From NCBI GenBank assembly GCA_951406725.2, contig OX597818.1, positions 54,312,001 through 54,376,000 of the forward strand: a DNA stretch of 64,000 nucleotides. Reading direction: 5' to 3'. The position numbers and the translations under genes are program-made. A model generated the notes under the pieces. The model was not told the DNA's origin, did not search any database, and worked only from the letters and a program-made list of their open reading frames with translations. This document shows positions 1 to 14,084 of the stretch, one piece after another; position 1 is the stretch's first letter; every line of letters starts with the position of its first letter. Source of the stretch: Octopus vulgaris. Taxonomy: Eukaryota.

Positions 1-1896
1 GCTTTCCAAGGAGTCTTCCACTCTGTTTACTAAATCAACAGAAATCACAGGTCGCTGGATCGAACACTTCTCTGAACTCCTAAACCATGAGTCAGTTGTG
101 GATGAAACAGTGATTGATACTATGCAACAAAGACCTATAATTGGCTCCTTAGACTCCTCGCCTTCGATAGATGAAGTAATAACATCAATAAGTAAATTGA
201 ATCTTGGTAGGGCACCTGGAAAGGATGGAATTTGTGCTGAGGTCTTGCGATTTGGTGGTAATTGCATCACACAGTCCCTTCATGAACTTATTAGCTCAGT
301 CTGGAGGAATGGTGCAACCCCTAAGGACTGGAAGGATGCAATTATTCTTCCTCTATATAAAGGAAAAGGAGCCAGAACAATGTGTGGTAACTACAGAGGT
401 ATTGCTCTACTATCAGCCGGTGGCAAGGTTCTGGCAAATATTCTTCTTACCCGTCTGAATGGGTGTCTCGTAAATGATGTCCTATCTGAATCTCAATGTG
501 GCTTCCGATCTGGTAGAGGGACAATGGATATGATTTTCACAGCAAGACAGATGCAGGAAAAGTGCTCTGAGCGGAAAATGGATCTTGTCCAGGTATTCAT
601 TGATTTAACAAAGGCCTTTGATACTGTAAATAGGGCCTTTCTATGGAAAATACTTGGCAAACTTGGATGTCCGGATCACTTTGTATCTATAATTAAATCA
701 TTTCATGATGGGATGGAGGCTTGGGTCAATGTTGGTGGTGCCATGGCGGGACCCATTCCTGTAGAGAATGGTGTCAAGCAGGGTGACATCCTTTCCTCAA
801 CTCTCTTTTCTTTGTACTTTGCAACTGCTTTTACTCATGCTTTTGCTAAGGTTAGCTCTCTGGGGATATATATCAGATATCGATCTTCTGGCCGCCTCTT
901 TAATCTTCGCCGATTTGTGGCCAATTCAAAGGTTTCCCAGTCTATTATTCGTGACCTCCTTTATGCAGATGACTGTGACTTAGTCACTCATGCAGTGGAT
1001 GACATGCAAATACTCATGAATTGCATTTCTGCTTCTTGCAGGGCATTTGGACTCAGCATTAGCCTGGACAAGACTGTTGTAATGTTTCAGCCTGCACCAG
1101 GAAATCCATATATGGAACCAGCTATCTTGGTTGAAGGAACAATTCTGAAGGTAGTAGACAAGTTTGTCTACCTGGGCAGCACACTCAGCCGTTCTTGCTC
1201 CCTGGATGAGGAAATATCTTTCAGGTTGTAGAAAGCAACTAATTCCTCGCTTTTCTACTCATGTGATACATGGACTCTGCACAAACGTCAGGTAAGGGTC
1301 CTTGAACGCTTTCATCAGAGATGTCTCAGACACATTCTCAATGTTGGCTGGACCTCAAAAATTCCAGACACACAGGCCCTGAGGACAGCTGATATCGTGA
1401 GTATTGGGGTGATGGTGCACAAGCACTGGTTACGTTGGACTGGACACATTATTAGAATGAAGGATAGAAGGATTCCTAAGCAGATGTTCTATGGAGAACT
1501 TGTGAATGGAAGGAGACTCCGGCAGAAACCAAGGCTGCGATTTAAGGACTGTCAAGTCCTCATTAAAGGCCTGTGATATGCAGGACACTGACTGGGAGAA
1601 CAATGCCTGTCATCGCCACAGATGGAGGAAACAGGTTAAGGAGGGGATCGACACTTTTGAGAGAGTACGTATTCAGCATGAAGAACTTAAGCGAGCTGCG
1701 CGAAAGCGCACGGCTCGTATAGTGAATGGGGAAAGCTTGGTCTGCAATGTTTGCAGTCGTGTATGCTTGTCAAGAGCTGGGCTCATTAGCCACCAACGGA
1801 GCCGCAAATGCAAAATATAAGTTAGTCCTAGAGCGCACAATGTTCCTGAAGGTCGGCAATGGTCCTCCTCGGTCACGAGTGGACGGCCATCATCAT
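1..1896 (+). mobile_element. RTE-clade LINE, 3' part (RT domain plus C-terminal C2H2 finger), disrupted
   Basis: ORF 98-1231 has RT motifs (NYRGIALL, QCGFR, FIDLTKAFD, GVKQG, LLYADD). After a stop and frameshifts comes [20 protein letters not shown], then a short 3' UTR ending in (cat)n that runs into (TA)n. Confidence 0.92.
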
Positions 1897-2167
1897 ATAT
1901 GTATGTATATATACGTATATATATATATATGTATATATATGTATATATATATATGTATATATATGTATATATACGTATATATATATGTATATATATGTGT
2001 GTATATATATGTATATATACATGTATATGTATATATATTGGCCTGCTCGCTTAGCTAGCGGGGTGGCGTCATTTGAAAGCTAAAACAATGCGAAGCACAT
2101 TGTGACCAGCGATGTGTAGCAACATCTGATAGCCTGGTCAGTCACGGGGATCACGGTGATATGTATG

Positions 2168-2205
<38 letters not shown>

Positions 2206-2409
2206 GACATGGAGGAAGTAAATAGACACCTTGATTGTTCAAAATCTTTGTATTTAATACGCAAAGCGAACAATTAAAATGTAATCGATAGGTAGGACTA
2301 CATACTTTAGTGTTTAGTTGACATTCCCTTTGCATTTTTGGCATTAAGCTGATGAGCTTTGTGATTGTCTCTTGTGAAATTTCTGCTCACTTTTCACGCA
2401 ACAATCGAA

Positions 2410-2523
2410 ATAAGGCTTTGGTTGGCCCGACGTTATAGTAGAAGACACTTGCGCAAGGTACGAGGTAGTGGGACTGAACCCGGAACCATGTAGTTTGTAA
2501 GCAAGCTACTTACCACACAGCCA
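2410..2523 (-). mobile_element. tRNA-derived SINE head fragment (same family as 7311-7719)
   Basis: The reverse complement reads ggctgtgtggtaagtagcttg...ggttccgggttcagtccc and matches other copies in the window. Confidence 0.75.
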
Positions 2524-2605
<82 letters not shown>

Positions 2606-2801
2606 ATATATATAAATATATATGTATATATATATAAATATATATGTATACATATATAAATATATATGTATATGTATATAACTATATATGTATATGTATA
2701 TAACTATATATGTATATGTATATAAATATATATGTATATATATATATAAATATTTATGTATATATATATAGATATATATATATATGTACTTATGTATATA
2801 G

Positions 2802-2839
<38 letters not shown>

Positions 2840-2984
2840 ATGTAAATACGTATGTATATATATTTATATACATATGTATATGTACAAATGTATATATATA
2901 TATGTATATATATGTGTATATATATTTATGTATATATATGTGTATGTATATATATACATATATATATGTGTATATGTGTATATG

Positions 2985-3734
2985 TACATCCGAGATGACC
3001 TCACGCCCCAGGTCCTGTTGTCATATTCAAACTCAGTGTGTGAAACTCAAATTGTACACATAAGACAACTGAATATCGTCATATGCACTACATATCGCCC
3101 ACCAGATGCCCCAAATCACTCAGGCATGTTTGAAGACTGCCTAACAAAAATAGGAGAAGTCCTCACCAACCTTGAACAACACATCAGTATATTCTTCATG
3201 GCTACACAAAGAAAATCGACTCAATGTAACATATCAGCTACTGGGAAAGACTGAAGGTATTAAACCTCTTCTCCCTAGAGCGGAGACGGGAGAGATATGC
3301 GGTGATATACATCTGGAAAATCCTGGAGGGTCTTGTCCCAAACTTTGGCATTCAAAGTTACCCCAACCGCAGAACGGGGCGCCACTGCATGGTGCCAAGG
3401 ATTCCAACATCACCATCAAAATACAGGTCCAGATACTGCAACAGCTTGGGTTTCAGAGGACCACAGCTCTTTAACATCCTCCCTAAATGCCTGAGAGACT
3501 TACATGGTGTGGATGTGGGTTTCTTTAAAACTAAACTGGATCTCTTCTTGTCGGGAGTCCCAGATGAACCTACCTCACGACAGGAGACACAGATGTGGGC
3601 AGCAGCATCGAACTCCCTTGTTGATCAAGTGCCACGTGTCAGAGGTGGATTCACAAATTAGTGTAGCTCATTCAGCGGTGGTGCCCCAGCATGGCCGCGG
3701 CCTTCGGGCTAAAACGTTTTTAAGGATTTAAGGA

Positions 3735-3735
<1 letters not shown>
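2985..3735 (+). mobile_element. CR1/L2-like LINE remnant, internally deleted
   Basis: An APE-like fragment (ICTTYRPP) is joined almost directly to a C-terminal region (YIWKILEGLVPNFG...RGPQLFNILP...FKTKLDLFLSGVPDEP). Homologous to 25275-26190. Ends in the short repeat tttaaggatttaaggat. Confidence 0.75.
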
Positions 3736-3776
<41 letters not shown>

Positions 3777-3835
3777 TAATCCAAACAAGAAAGCACAAAA
3801 AAAATATATGTATATTCATATATGTATATATTTCT

Positions 3836-4922
3836 TTGATTAAAACCATTTCTAACATGGAGGTATCCAAAGAGTATTTAAGGCACATAATGTTTTATGA
3901 GTACAAAAAAGAAAACTCTGCATCTGATGTGACTCGAAACATGCACTCAGTTTATGTGAAAGAATGCTTGAATGAAAGAACTTGCAGAAGATGGTTTGCA
4001 AAATTCAGAAGTGGAGATTTCAGCCTTGAAGATGATGATCGAGCAGGAGGTCCAGTTGAGTTTGATGATAAGCTCCTTGAGGCATTACTTGAAGAAAATC
4101 CTGCATTATCAGTTGAAGAATTGGCAATAAAGCTTAGTTCAAACCATACAACTGTTCATCATCTTCAACAACTTGGAAAGGTTCCTAAACTTGGAAAATT
4201 GTTGCCTCATGAATTGTCCGAAAGCAACCGCAAATCCCGAATTGACATCTGCTCTTCTCTCCATTCTTGCGAACTCATTTCATCCTTTTTGGATAGACTT
4301 GTGACTGGTGACGAAAAAGGGATCTTCTATCGAAATGTTAAACGTCGTAAACAGTGGCTTGGTAAAAGGGAAAAAGCTCAACCACAACCGAGAAAGGAAC
4401 TTCATGGGAAAAAGTTTCTTCTCTCTACCTGGTGGGAATTGTTTGCACCTAATGCAACAATCAATGCTCAAGTCAACTGTCCGCAATTAGAGCGTTTGAA
4501 CCAAATTTTGAAGAAAAAAAGAACCGCTTTAATGAATCGAAAAGGAGTGATGTTTCATAAGGACAATGTGCGACCCCACACTGCAAAGATCACATCACAG
4601 AAGATCGAAGAGCTTGATTGAGAAAAAAATCCTCATCCACCTTATTATCCCTTCCGATTAGCATTTGTTTCGTAGTTTACAGAATCATTTGAGGACATAA
4701 CTTTCGCAAGCCAGGAGGAGGTCGAAACTGACACTTCAGAGCTCTTCGCGTTAAAACCCAAAGAGTTTTACATTGATGGGATTAAAAAGCTTGTAAATAG
4801 ATGGAAGGAAGTCATAGATAATCAGGGAAAGTACATTGATGATTAAATTTCAATTCAATATAACATTTCATCACTTGTTTTCTTTATTCAAAATTCGAAC
4901 AGAACTTATGGGACGACCTGAT
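3836..4922 (+). mobile_element. Mariner transposon, degenerate transposase with right TIR
   Basis: Motifs RRWFAKFRSGDFSLED, LLPHEL (WVPHEL-like), LVTGDEK, KDNVRPH and a damaged HPPY..PSD. The right end is ...cttatgggacgacctgata. Confidence 0.92.
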
Positions 4923-4929
4923 ACATATG

Positions 4930-5019
<90 letters not shown>

Positions 5020-5229
5020 AGTATATATATATATGTATGCGTATATACGTATATATATGTATATATGCGTATATATGTATATATATGTGTATATATATGT
5101 ATATATATATACGTATATATATATATATATATATATAAATGTATATATATATGTATGTATATATATATGCATATGTTTATATATGTATATATATATATGT
5201 ATGCATATGTTTATATATGTATATGGATA

Positions 5230-5274
<45 letters not shown>

Positions 5275-5489
5275 GTATAGGTATATGTATATATGTATAT
5301 ATATGTATATATATATATCTATATGTATATGTATATATATATATGTATGTATATATCTATATGTATATGTATATATCTATATGTATATGTATATATCTAT
5401 ATGTATATATGTATATGCATATATCCATATGTATATGTATATATATGTGTATATCTATGCGTATATGTATACATATGTATACCTATATA

Positions 5490-5521
<32 letters not shown>

Positions 5522-5548
5522 CATATATGTACATGCATATATATATGC

Positions 5549-5580
<32 letters not shown>

Positions 5581-5873
5581 GTATATCTATATATATAAAG
5601 TTGATAATGTGTGTCTGTCTGTCTGTCTTTCTGCCTGTTCGTCTGCCTGTATGTGTGGAAACTTAAAACTCGAGAACTACAACACCATTTTCATTCAAAT
5701 TTTGCACGTTTTACTTAGGGCCAATGTAGTGTCATGGACGAAAACGTTCTCAAATTCTTGCGTAATGCGAGCCCAGAGCAATCTTCTATCTCTTCTACTA
5801 TTTCAGTATTACGTGTTAAATGTGAGAGAATAACATCTCTGTATTTTTCATATACACACACACAGACACACAG

Positions 5874-5908
<35 letters not shown>

Positions 5909-6000
5909 CACACAAACAACATATGTAGGAAATTCTATCTGTGGGTGTGTTTGTTTGTGGAGTTGTTAGGTAACATATATCCTATATCCTTTTATCGATT

Positions 6001-6955
6001 TTGAATGAAAGAACTTGCAGAAGATGGTTTGCAAAATTCAGAAGTGGAGATTTCAGCCTTGAAGATGATGATCGAGCAGGAGGTTCAGTTGAGTTTGATG
6101 ATAAGCTCCTTGAGGCATTACTTGAAGAAAATCCTGCATTATCAGTTGAAGAATTGGCAATAAAGCTTAGTTCAAACCATACAACTGTTCATCATCTTCA
6201 ACAACTTGGAAAGGTTCCTAAACTTGGAAAATTGTTGCCTCATGAATTGTCCGAAAGCAACCGCAGATCCCGAATTGACATCTGCTCTTCTCTCCATGCT
6301 CGCGAACTCATTTCATCCTTTTTGGATAGACTTGTGACTGGTGACGAAATAGGGATCTTCTATCGAAATGTTAAACGTCGTAAACAGTGGCTTGGTAAAA
6401 GGGAAAAAGCTCAACCACAACCGAGAAAGGAACTTCATGGGAAAAAGTTTCTTCTCTCTATCTGGTGGGAATTGTTTGCACCTAATGCAACAATCAATGC
6501 TCAAGTCAACTGTCAGCAATTAGAGCGTTTGAACCAAATTTTGAAGAAAAAAAGAACCGCTTTAATGAATCGAAAAGGAGTGATGTTTCATCAGGACAAT
6601 GTGCGACCCCACACTGCAAAAATCACATCACAGAAGATCGAAGAGCTTGATTGGGAAAAAAATCCTCATCCACCTTATTATCCCTTCCGATTAGCATTTG
6701 TTTCGTAGTTTACAGAATCATTTGAGGACATAACTTTCGCAAGCCAGGAGGAGGTCGAAACTGACACTTCAGAGCTCTTCGCTTTAAAACCCAAAGAGTT
6801 TTATATTGATGGGATTAAAAAGCTTGTAAATAGATGGAAGGAAGTCATAGATAATCAGGGAAAGTACATTGATGATTAAATTTCAATTCAATATAACATT
6901 TCATCACTTGTTTTCTTTGTTCAAAATTCGAACAGAACTTATGGGACGACCTGAT
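6001..6955 (+). mobile_element. Second, 5'-truncated copy of the same mariner (part of a tandem duplication)
   Basis: Near-identical to 3968-4922; ORF 6001-6708. Confidence 0.92.
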
Positions 6956-7310
6956 ACATATGTATATATATATATATGTATATATATATATGTATATATT
7001 TATATGCATGTATATATATACATACGTATATATATATCTATATATACGTATGTATATAGGCATATACATATATATACATAAATATACATATATATGTACA
7101 TATATATATACACACATATATGTATATATACATATATATACCTATATGTATGTATATATATACATATATATATTTGTATATATATATATATATATGTATG
7201 TATATATATACATAAGTATATATATATGTATGTGTATATACGTATATATATGTATATATGCGTATATATGTATATATATGTGTATATATATGTATATATA
7301 TATACGTATA

Positions 7311-7716
7311 CTCTTTACTCTTTACTCTTTTACTTGTTTCAGTCAATTGACTGCGGCCATGCTGGAGCACCGCCTTTAGTCGAGCAAATCGACCCCGGGA
7401 CTTATTCGTTGTAAGCCCAGTACTTATTCTATCGGTCTCTTTTTTGCTGAACCGCTAAGTGACGGGGACGTAAACACACCAGCATTGGTTGTCAAGCAAT
7501 GCTAGGGGGACAAACACAGACACACAAACACACACATACATATATATACATATATACGACAGGCTTCTTTCAGTTTCCGTCTACCAAATCCACTCACAAG
7601 GCATTGGTCGGCCCGGGGCTATAGTAGAAGACACTTGCCCAAGATGCCACGCAGTGGGACTGAACCCGGAACCATGTGGTTGGTTAGCAAGCTACTTACC
7701 ACACAGCCACTCCTAC

Positions 7717-7719
<3 letters not shown>
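7311..7719 (-). mobile_element. Full-length tRNA-derived SINE (octopus OK/OR-like)
   Basis: The head has A/B-box-like motifs (ggctgtgtggtaag; ggttcagtccc), an internal (TG/TA) tract and the tail gactgaaacaagtaaaagag. Other copies lie at 26241-26658, 40957-41210, 41438-41841, 42135-42416 and 50325-51009. Confidence 0.85.
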
Positions 7720-7769
<50 letters not shown>

Positions 7770-7816
7770 GTATATATATATATATGTATGTATATATATG
7801 CATATGTTTATATATG

Positions 7817-7848
<32 letters not shown>

Positions 7849-8022
7849 CATATCTATGCATATGTTTATATATGTATATGGATATATATGTATAGGTATA
7901 TGTATATATATTTTTATATATATGTATATATGTATAGAAGTATATATGTATATATATATATATGTATATATATGTATATATATAAATATGTATATATATA
8001 TATATATATTTATATATGTATA

Positions 8023-8064
<42 letters not shown>

Positions 8065-9217
8065 CATATATGTACATGCATATATATATGCATATATATG
8101 TATATGTATATATATATACGTATATCTATATATATAAAGTTGATAATGTGTGTCTGTCTGTCTGTCTTTCTGCCTGTTCGTCTGCCTGTATGTGTGGAAA
8201 CTTAAAACTCGAGAACTACAACACCATTTTCATTCAAATTTTGCACGTTTTACTTAGGGCCAATGTAGTGTCATGGACCAAAACGTTCTCAAATTCTTGC
8301 GTAATGCGAGCCCAGAGCAATCTTCTATCTCTTCCACAGTTACAGTATTACGTGTTAAATGTGAGAGAATACATCTCTGTATTGTTCATATACACACACT
8401 CACAGACACACACACACACACACGCAAACAACATATGTAGGAAATTCTATCTGTGGGTGTGTTTGTTTGTGGAGTTGTTAGGTAACATATATCCTATATC
8501 ATTTTATCGATTTTATGAATCATGTGAGCAGCACTCATGTCTGGAAACCTCATGACTTACGTAGATTGTTGAAAAAATCGATAATAGGTTTCCTGGAAGG
8601 GATCCCTATATCTACTACATATAATTAAAATATATTATTTAAACCCCCAAGGGAAATAACCTAGCACCTGCATTTACAATTGTCATTTTTTAGCAAAGCG
8701 ATGAATATGTGATTCTCACGATCAGTGGACCTAATTCTGCATTTCACTACCTACAGTTTTGAACTGCTAAACCTTACTATTGCAGTTTCTTGATTTGAAT
8801 CTTAAACCTTAAAGACTTCATTCATACATTTATATACATACATACTCTTTTGCGCGTATATATACTACATTTATATATTAGCTTTAATAAATTAGCCTTG
8901 ATAAAGTTAACCTTTAAAATGCCACGGCGAGTAAGAGTACGAGTGGGTACTTGTACTTCACGAGCTGCTCTAATGCGACAACGATGATCTCAAGTAAGTC
9001 TCTGATTCATTGTTTGATATTTACTAAATCAAACAATTATTCTTCATCTATTCTACTTCAATATCTAAACAGTTAACAGCCGAAATCTGCGATGAGGGAT
9101 CAGTATCTGACTGAAGAATGAAGGCTTGAATGACCCGTTTGTCTTTTTGTTCGTCTCTTCGTGTATTTCACGTTATTTATTTATATAAAGGTCTATTATA
9201 TATATATATATATATAT

Positions 9218-12200
9218 TTTCAACAATTGAGGGTAAAATTAATTAATTATTAATCAATTTCACCAAGTGTTCAGTATGCAAAGGGACCATTTAAGGCGAA
9301 TTCAAATTATTACATTATATAAAAGGGCTTAGTAAAATAAATTACTTCGCCGCATACTGAACTCATTAGAAATAGCAGCTAAAAAACTTTTTTAAAGCTA
9401 TTTCTAATACTTAAAGAAAATCTCTCTCATATATAGCGTTTGCCTAATTCAACTCACAAAAGTTTGGGGTAAGGACATTAAAAAATCAAATGCTAAGGTT
9501 ATTTGAGTACGTACGTTTCAAGATTAGTCAAAACAACACTTCTATCTTCAGCTCAGAAATTCCTTGGTTTGGATTTGGAAACACTGAAAGTAAGAACATA
9601 CCCTTTCGAAGATTCGCTCGTTACTAACAGTGCCAACAAACCCAAAATAAGCAAGTGAAGAATTCCTGTCCTCCCCTTTCCACCAGCGTGGGTTAAAATC
9701 ATCAAACGCTATGCTTATTTCGGTAAAATCCGAAGCATTAATTAGAGGGAGATTAATTATAATTTCAACAATTGAGGGTAAAATTAATTAATTATTAATC
9801 AATTTCACCAAGTGTTCAGTATGCAAAGGGACCATTTAAGGCGAATTCAAATTATTACATTATATAAAAGGGCTTAGTAAAATAAATTACTTCGCCGCAT
9901 ACTGAACTCATTAGAAATAGCAGCTAAAAAAACTTTTTTAAAGCTATTTCTAATACTTAAAGAAAATCTCTCTCATATATAGCGTTTGCCTAATTCAACT
10001 CACAAAAGTTTGGGGGTAAGGACATTAAAAAATCAAATGCTAAGGTTATTTGAGTACGTACGTTTCAAGATTAGTCAAAACAACACTTCTATCTTCAGCT
10101 CAGAAATTCCTTGGTTTGGATTTGGAAACACTGAAAGTAAGAACATACCCTTTCGAAGATTCGCTCGTTACTAACAGTGCCAACAAACCCAAAATAAGCA
10201 AGTGAAGAATTCCTGTCCTCCCCTTTCCACCAGCGTGGGTTAAAATCATCAAACGCTATGCTTATTTCGGTAAAATCCGAAGCATTAATTAGAGGGAGAT
10301 TAATTATAATTTCAACAATTGAGGGTAAAATTAATTAATTATTAATCAATTTCACCAAGTGTTCAGTATGCAAAGGGACCATTTAAGGCGAATTCAAATT
10401 ATTACATTATATAAAAGGGCTTAGTAAAATAAATTACTTCGCCGCATACTGAACTCATTAGAAATAGCAGCTAAAAAACTTTTTTAAAGCTATTTCTAAT
10501 ACTTAAAGAAAATCTCTCTCATATATAGCGTTTGCCTAATTCAACTCACAAAAGTTTGGGGGTAAGGACATTAAAAAATCAAATGCTAAGGTTATTTGAG
10601 TACGTACGTTTCAAGATTAGTCAAAACAACACTTCTATCTTCAGCTCAGAAATTCCTTGGTTTGGATTTGGAAACACTGAAAGTAAGAACATACCCTTTC
10701 GAAGATTCGCTCGTTACTAACAGTGCCAACAAACCCAAAATAAGCAAGTGAAGAATTTCTGTCCTCCCCTTTCCACCAGCGTGGGTTAAAATCATCAAAC
10801 GCTATGCTTATTTCGGTAAAATCCGAAGCATTAATTAGAGGGAGATTAATTATAATTTCAACAATTGAGGGTAAAATTAATTAATTATTAATCAATTTCA
10901 CCAAGTGTTCAGTATGCAAAGGGACCATTTAAGGCGAATTCAAATTATTACATTATATAAAAGGGCTTAGTAAAATAAATTACTTCGCCGCATACTGAAC
11001 TCATTCTGAGCGAACGCATTCTTACTTTCAGTGTTTCCAAATCCAAACCAAGGAAGAGCTGAAGATAGTGTTGTTTTGACTAATCTTGAAACGTACGTAC
11101 TCAAATAACCTTAGCATTTGATTTTTTAATGTCCTTACCCCCAAACTTTTGTGAGTTGAATTAGGCAAACGCTATATATGAGAGAGATTTTCTTTAAGTA
11201 TTAGAAATAGCTTTAAAAAAGTTTTTTAGCTGCTATTTCTAATGAGTTCAGTATGCGGCGAAGTAATTTATTTTACTAAGCCCTTTTATATAATGTAATA
11301 ATTTGAATTCGCCTTAAATGGTCCCTTTGCATACTGAACACTTGGTGAAATTGATTAATAATTAATTAATTTTACCCTCAATTGTTGAAATTATAATTAA
11401 TCTCCCTCTAATTAATGCTTCGGATTTTACCGAAATAAGCATAGCGTTTGATGATTTTAACCCACGCTGGTGGAAAGGGGAGGACAGAATTCTTCACTTG
11501 CTTATTTTGGGTTTGTTGGCACTGTTAGTAACGAGCGAATCTTCGAAAGGGTATGTTCTTACTTTCAGTGTTTCCAAATCCAAACCAAGGAATTTCTGAG
11601 CTGAAGATAGAAGTGTTGTTTTGACTAATCTTGAAACGTACGTACTCAAATAACCTTAGCATTTGATTTTTTAATGTCCTTACCCCAAACTTTTGTGAGT
11701 TGAATTAGGCAAACGCTATATATGAGAGAGATTTTCTTTAAGTATTAGAAATAGCTTTAAAAAAGTTTTTTAGCTGCTATTTCTAATGAGTTCAGTATGC
11801 GGCGAAGTAATTTATTTTACTAAGCCCTTTTATATAATGTAATAATTTGAATTCGCCTTAAATGGTCCCTTTGCATACTGAACACTTGGTGAAATTGATT
11901 AATAATTAATTAATTTTACCCTCAATTGTTGAAATTATAATTAATCTCCCTCTAATTAATGCTTCGGATTTTACCGAAATAAGCATAGCGTTTGATGATT
12001 TTAACCCACGCTGGTGGAAAGGGGAGGACAGAAATTCTTCACTTGCTTATTTTGGGTTTGTTGGCACTGTTAGTAACGAGCGAATCTTCGAAAGGGTATG
12101 TTCTTACTTTCAGTGTTTCCAAATCCAAACCAAGGAATTTCTGAGCTGAAGATAGAAGTGTTGTTTTGACTAATCTTGAAACGTACGTACTCAAATAACC

Positions 12201-12930
12201 TTAGCATTTGATTTTTTAATGTCCTTACCCCCAAACTTTTGTGAGTTGAATTAGGCAAACGCTATATATGAGAGAGATTTTCTTTAAGTATTAGAAATAG
12301 CTTTAAAAAAGTTTTTTAGCTGCTATTTCTAATGAGTTCAGTATGCGGCGAAGTAATTTATTTTACTAAGCCCTTTTATATAATGTAATAATTTGAATTC
12401 GCCTTAAATGGTCCCTTTGCATACTGAACACTTGGTGAAATTGATTAATAATTAATTAATTTTACCCTCAATTGTTGAAATTATAATTAATCTCCCTCTA
12501 ATTAATGCTTCGGATTTTACCGAAATAAGCATAGCGTTTGATGATTTTAACCCACGCTGGTGGAAAGGGGAGGACAGGAATTCTTCACTTGCTTATTTTG
12601 GGTTTGTTGGCACTGTTAGTAACGAGCGAATCTTCGAAAGGGTATGTTCTTACTTTCAGTGTTTCCAAATCCAAACCAAGGAATTTCTGAGCTGAAGATA
12701 GAAGTGTTGTTTTGACTAATCTTGAAACGTACGTACTCAAATAACCTTAGCATTTGATTTTTTAATGTCCTTACCCCCAAACTTTTGTGAGTTGAATTAG
12801 GCAAACGCTATATATGAGAGAGATTTTCTTTAAGTATTAGAAATAGCTTTAAAAAAGTTTTTTAGCTGCTATTTCTAATGAGTTCAGTATGCGGCGAAGT
12901 AATTTATTTTACTAAGCCCTTTTATATAAT
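9218..12930. repeat. ~546-bp tandem repeat array in two head-to-head arms (retrozyme-like), (TA)n at both ends
   Basis: Unit starts at 9221, 9766, 10313 and 10859. Orientation switches at ~11006, and inverted units run to 12930. Confidence 0.95.
11597..11648 (+). ncRNA. Type I hammerhead ribozyme motif (one per 546-bp unit)
   Basis: tgag-CTGAAGA-[t-aga..agt..act..tct-t]-GAAA-cgtacg-TA-ctca. Copies on + at 11056-11102, 12142-12193 and 12688-12739; on - at 9504-9555, 10051-10102 and 10597-10648. Confidence 0.8.
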
Positions 12931-13147
12931 ATATATATATATATATATTGCTGTAATTAATTTAGACATTACATTAATAGACATTTTTCAACATCTCCAA
13001 ATAACTAAATGCTGGCAAAGAATGCCGGCTTTTCAATTAATATTGATTACACTTTGAATGCCCATAAATCCAATAATTCTGCATTTTTCCAGTAAAACAT
13101 TTTCAATGGCTGTAGATAAATTTTTGATTCCAGAACCTATTTAATAA

Positions 13148-13280
13148 GTGTGTCGCAATCCTGCTTTTTCTTACGGACAGCTCCATGTCGGATGCTCTAG
13201 AGTTGGAAATCCGGAAAATTTATTCATCTATGAGCCTAACGGCAAAACAAAAGACATTGTATATCACGAAGCCCTGCAAA
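13148..13280 (+). mobile_element. Helitron PIF1-helicase C-terminal fragment
   Basis: PAFSYGQLHVGCSRVGNP...GKTKDIVY.EAL resembles the FSHGQLYVACSRVG motif. Confidence 0.75.
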
Positions 13281-13419
13281 ACTGCAATTTTGGAACAAAG
13301 ATTCATCTCCCTCCGACAACCTCTCTCGCCAACCTCCGACAACATCTCTCGCCAACCACCGAAAACTTCTCTCGACTATCTCCAACAATCTCTGTCATCA
13401 ACCTCTGACAATATTTCTC

Positions 13420-13700
13420 ACCAACTTGTCAGAAATATGTCCCAGAGCACAAGGCCAACGCAAAAAAGGATCAAGATTCCAAAGGAGAGGAAGATCCTGA
13501 GACGACGGACGAAGGTTACAAATCGCTTCAACCAACATCCCAAAAGTAGCGAAAGGCCCCGCCTAAAAACAACACTAATGGAGATCGAAAAAGCCAGCAA
13601 CATTCCTATGTGAGGGAGAGAGCAGACAAAAAGCCTGGGTTGTAAAAAAAAATTAAGTCAAACCCAAAGGCTTTCTTTCATTATACGAAAGAAACAGTCT
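13420..13700 (+). mobile_element. LINE ORF2 fragment (CR1-like, between EN and RT)
   Basis: Frameshifted translation ERKILRRRTK...LMEIEK...KSNPKAFFHY. Confidence 0.45.
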
Positions 13701-14084
13701 CAACGCTCACACACACACACACACACACACGCACGCACACGCAAGCACACATACACACACATACATGTATACATTTATGGTTCAAATATACGAAAAAAAA
13801 ATGGCAGACACATCAGATAACAACAAGCAGGTGTATTAGTTTGGCACTCGGGGAAAATTGAAAAGTCTTCGAAGTATCGATCCTTCGATCTGCAACAGAA
13901 AGGAATGAGAGCAAAAAGAAAAAAATAAACAACAAAAAAAATGGAGAGGAAGAGGGAAAAAAGCACTAAGAGAAAAATATGAGTTGGTATTAACGTTTTC
14001 ACCTGTCAAGAGACCTGAGGCCAGAGGAAGGAGTGGTGAGTGTGACTCAGCTGAACTAAATATTCTTTTCTACTCTAGGCACAA

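Larger units (their letters stand above)
3968..8512. repeat. Tandem segmental duplication (3968-6000 / 6001-8512)
   Basis: The mariner 3' part, the microsatellite and the following unique ~400 bp are all repeated. Only the second copy carries a SINE (7311-7719). Confidence 0.9.

Noticed and set aside
9075-9130. GAAA...CTGAAGA arrangement (possible type II hammerhead; relative at ~29890-29945 on -)
   Set aside because: It needs a 5-nt bulge before stem II, and stem I is not conserved in the second copy.
9986-12804. Repeated 62-aa ORF (MPNSTHK...)
   Set aside because: It has a non-ATG start, is frameshifted in other units, is antisense to the ribozyme and is not kept in the related 562-bp unit.
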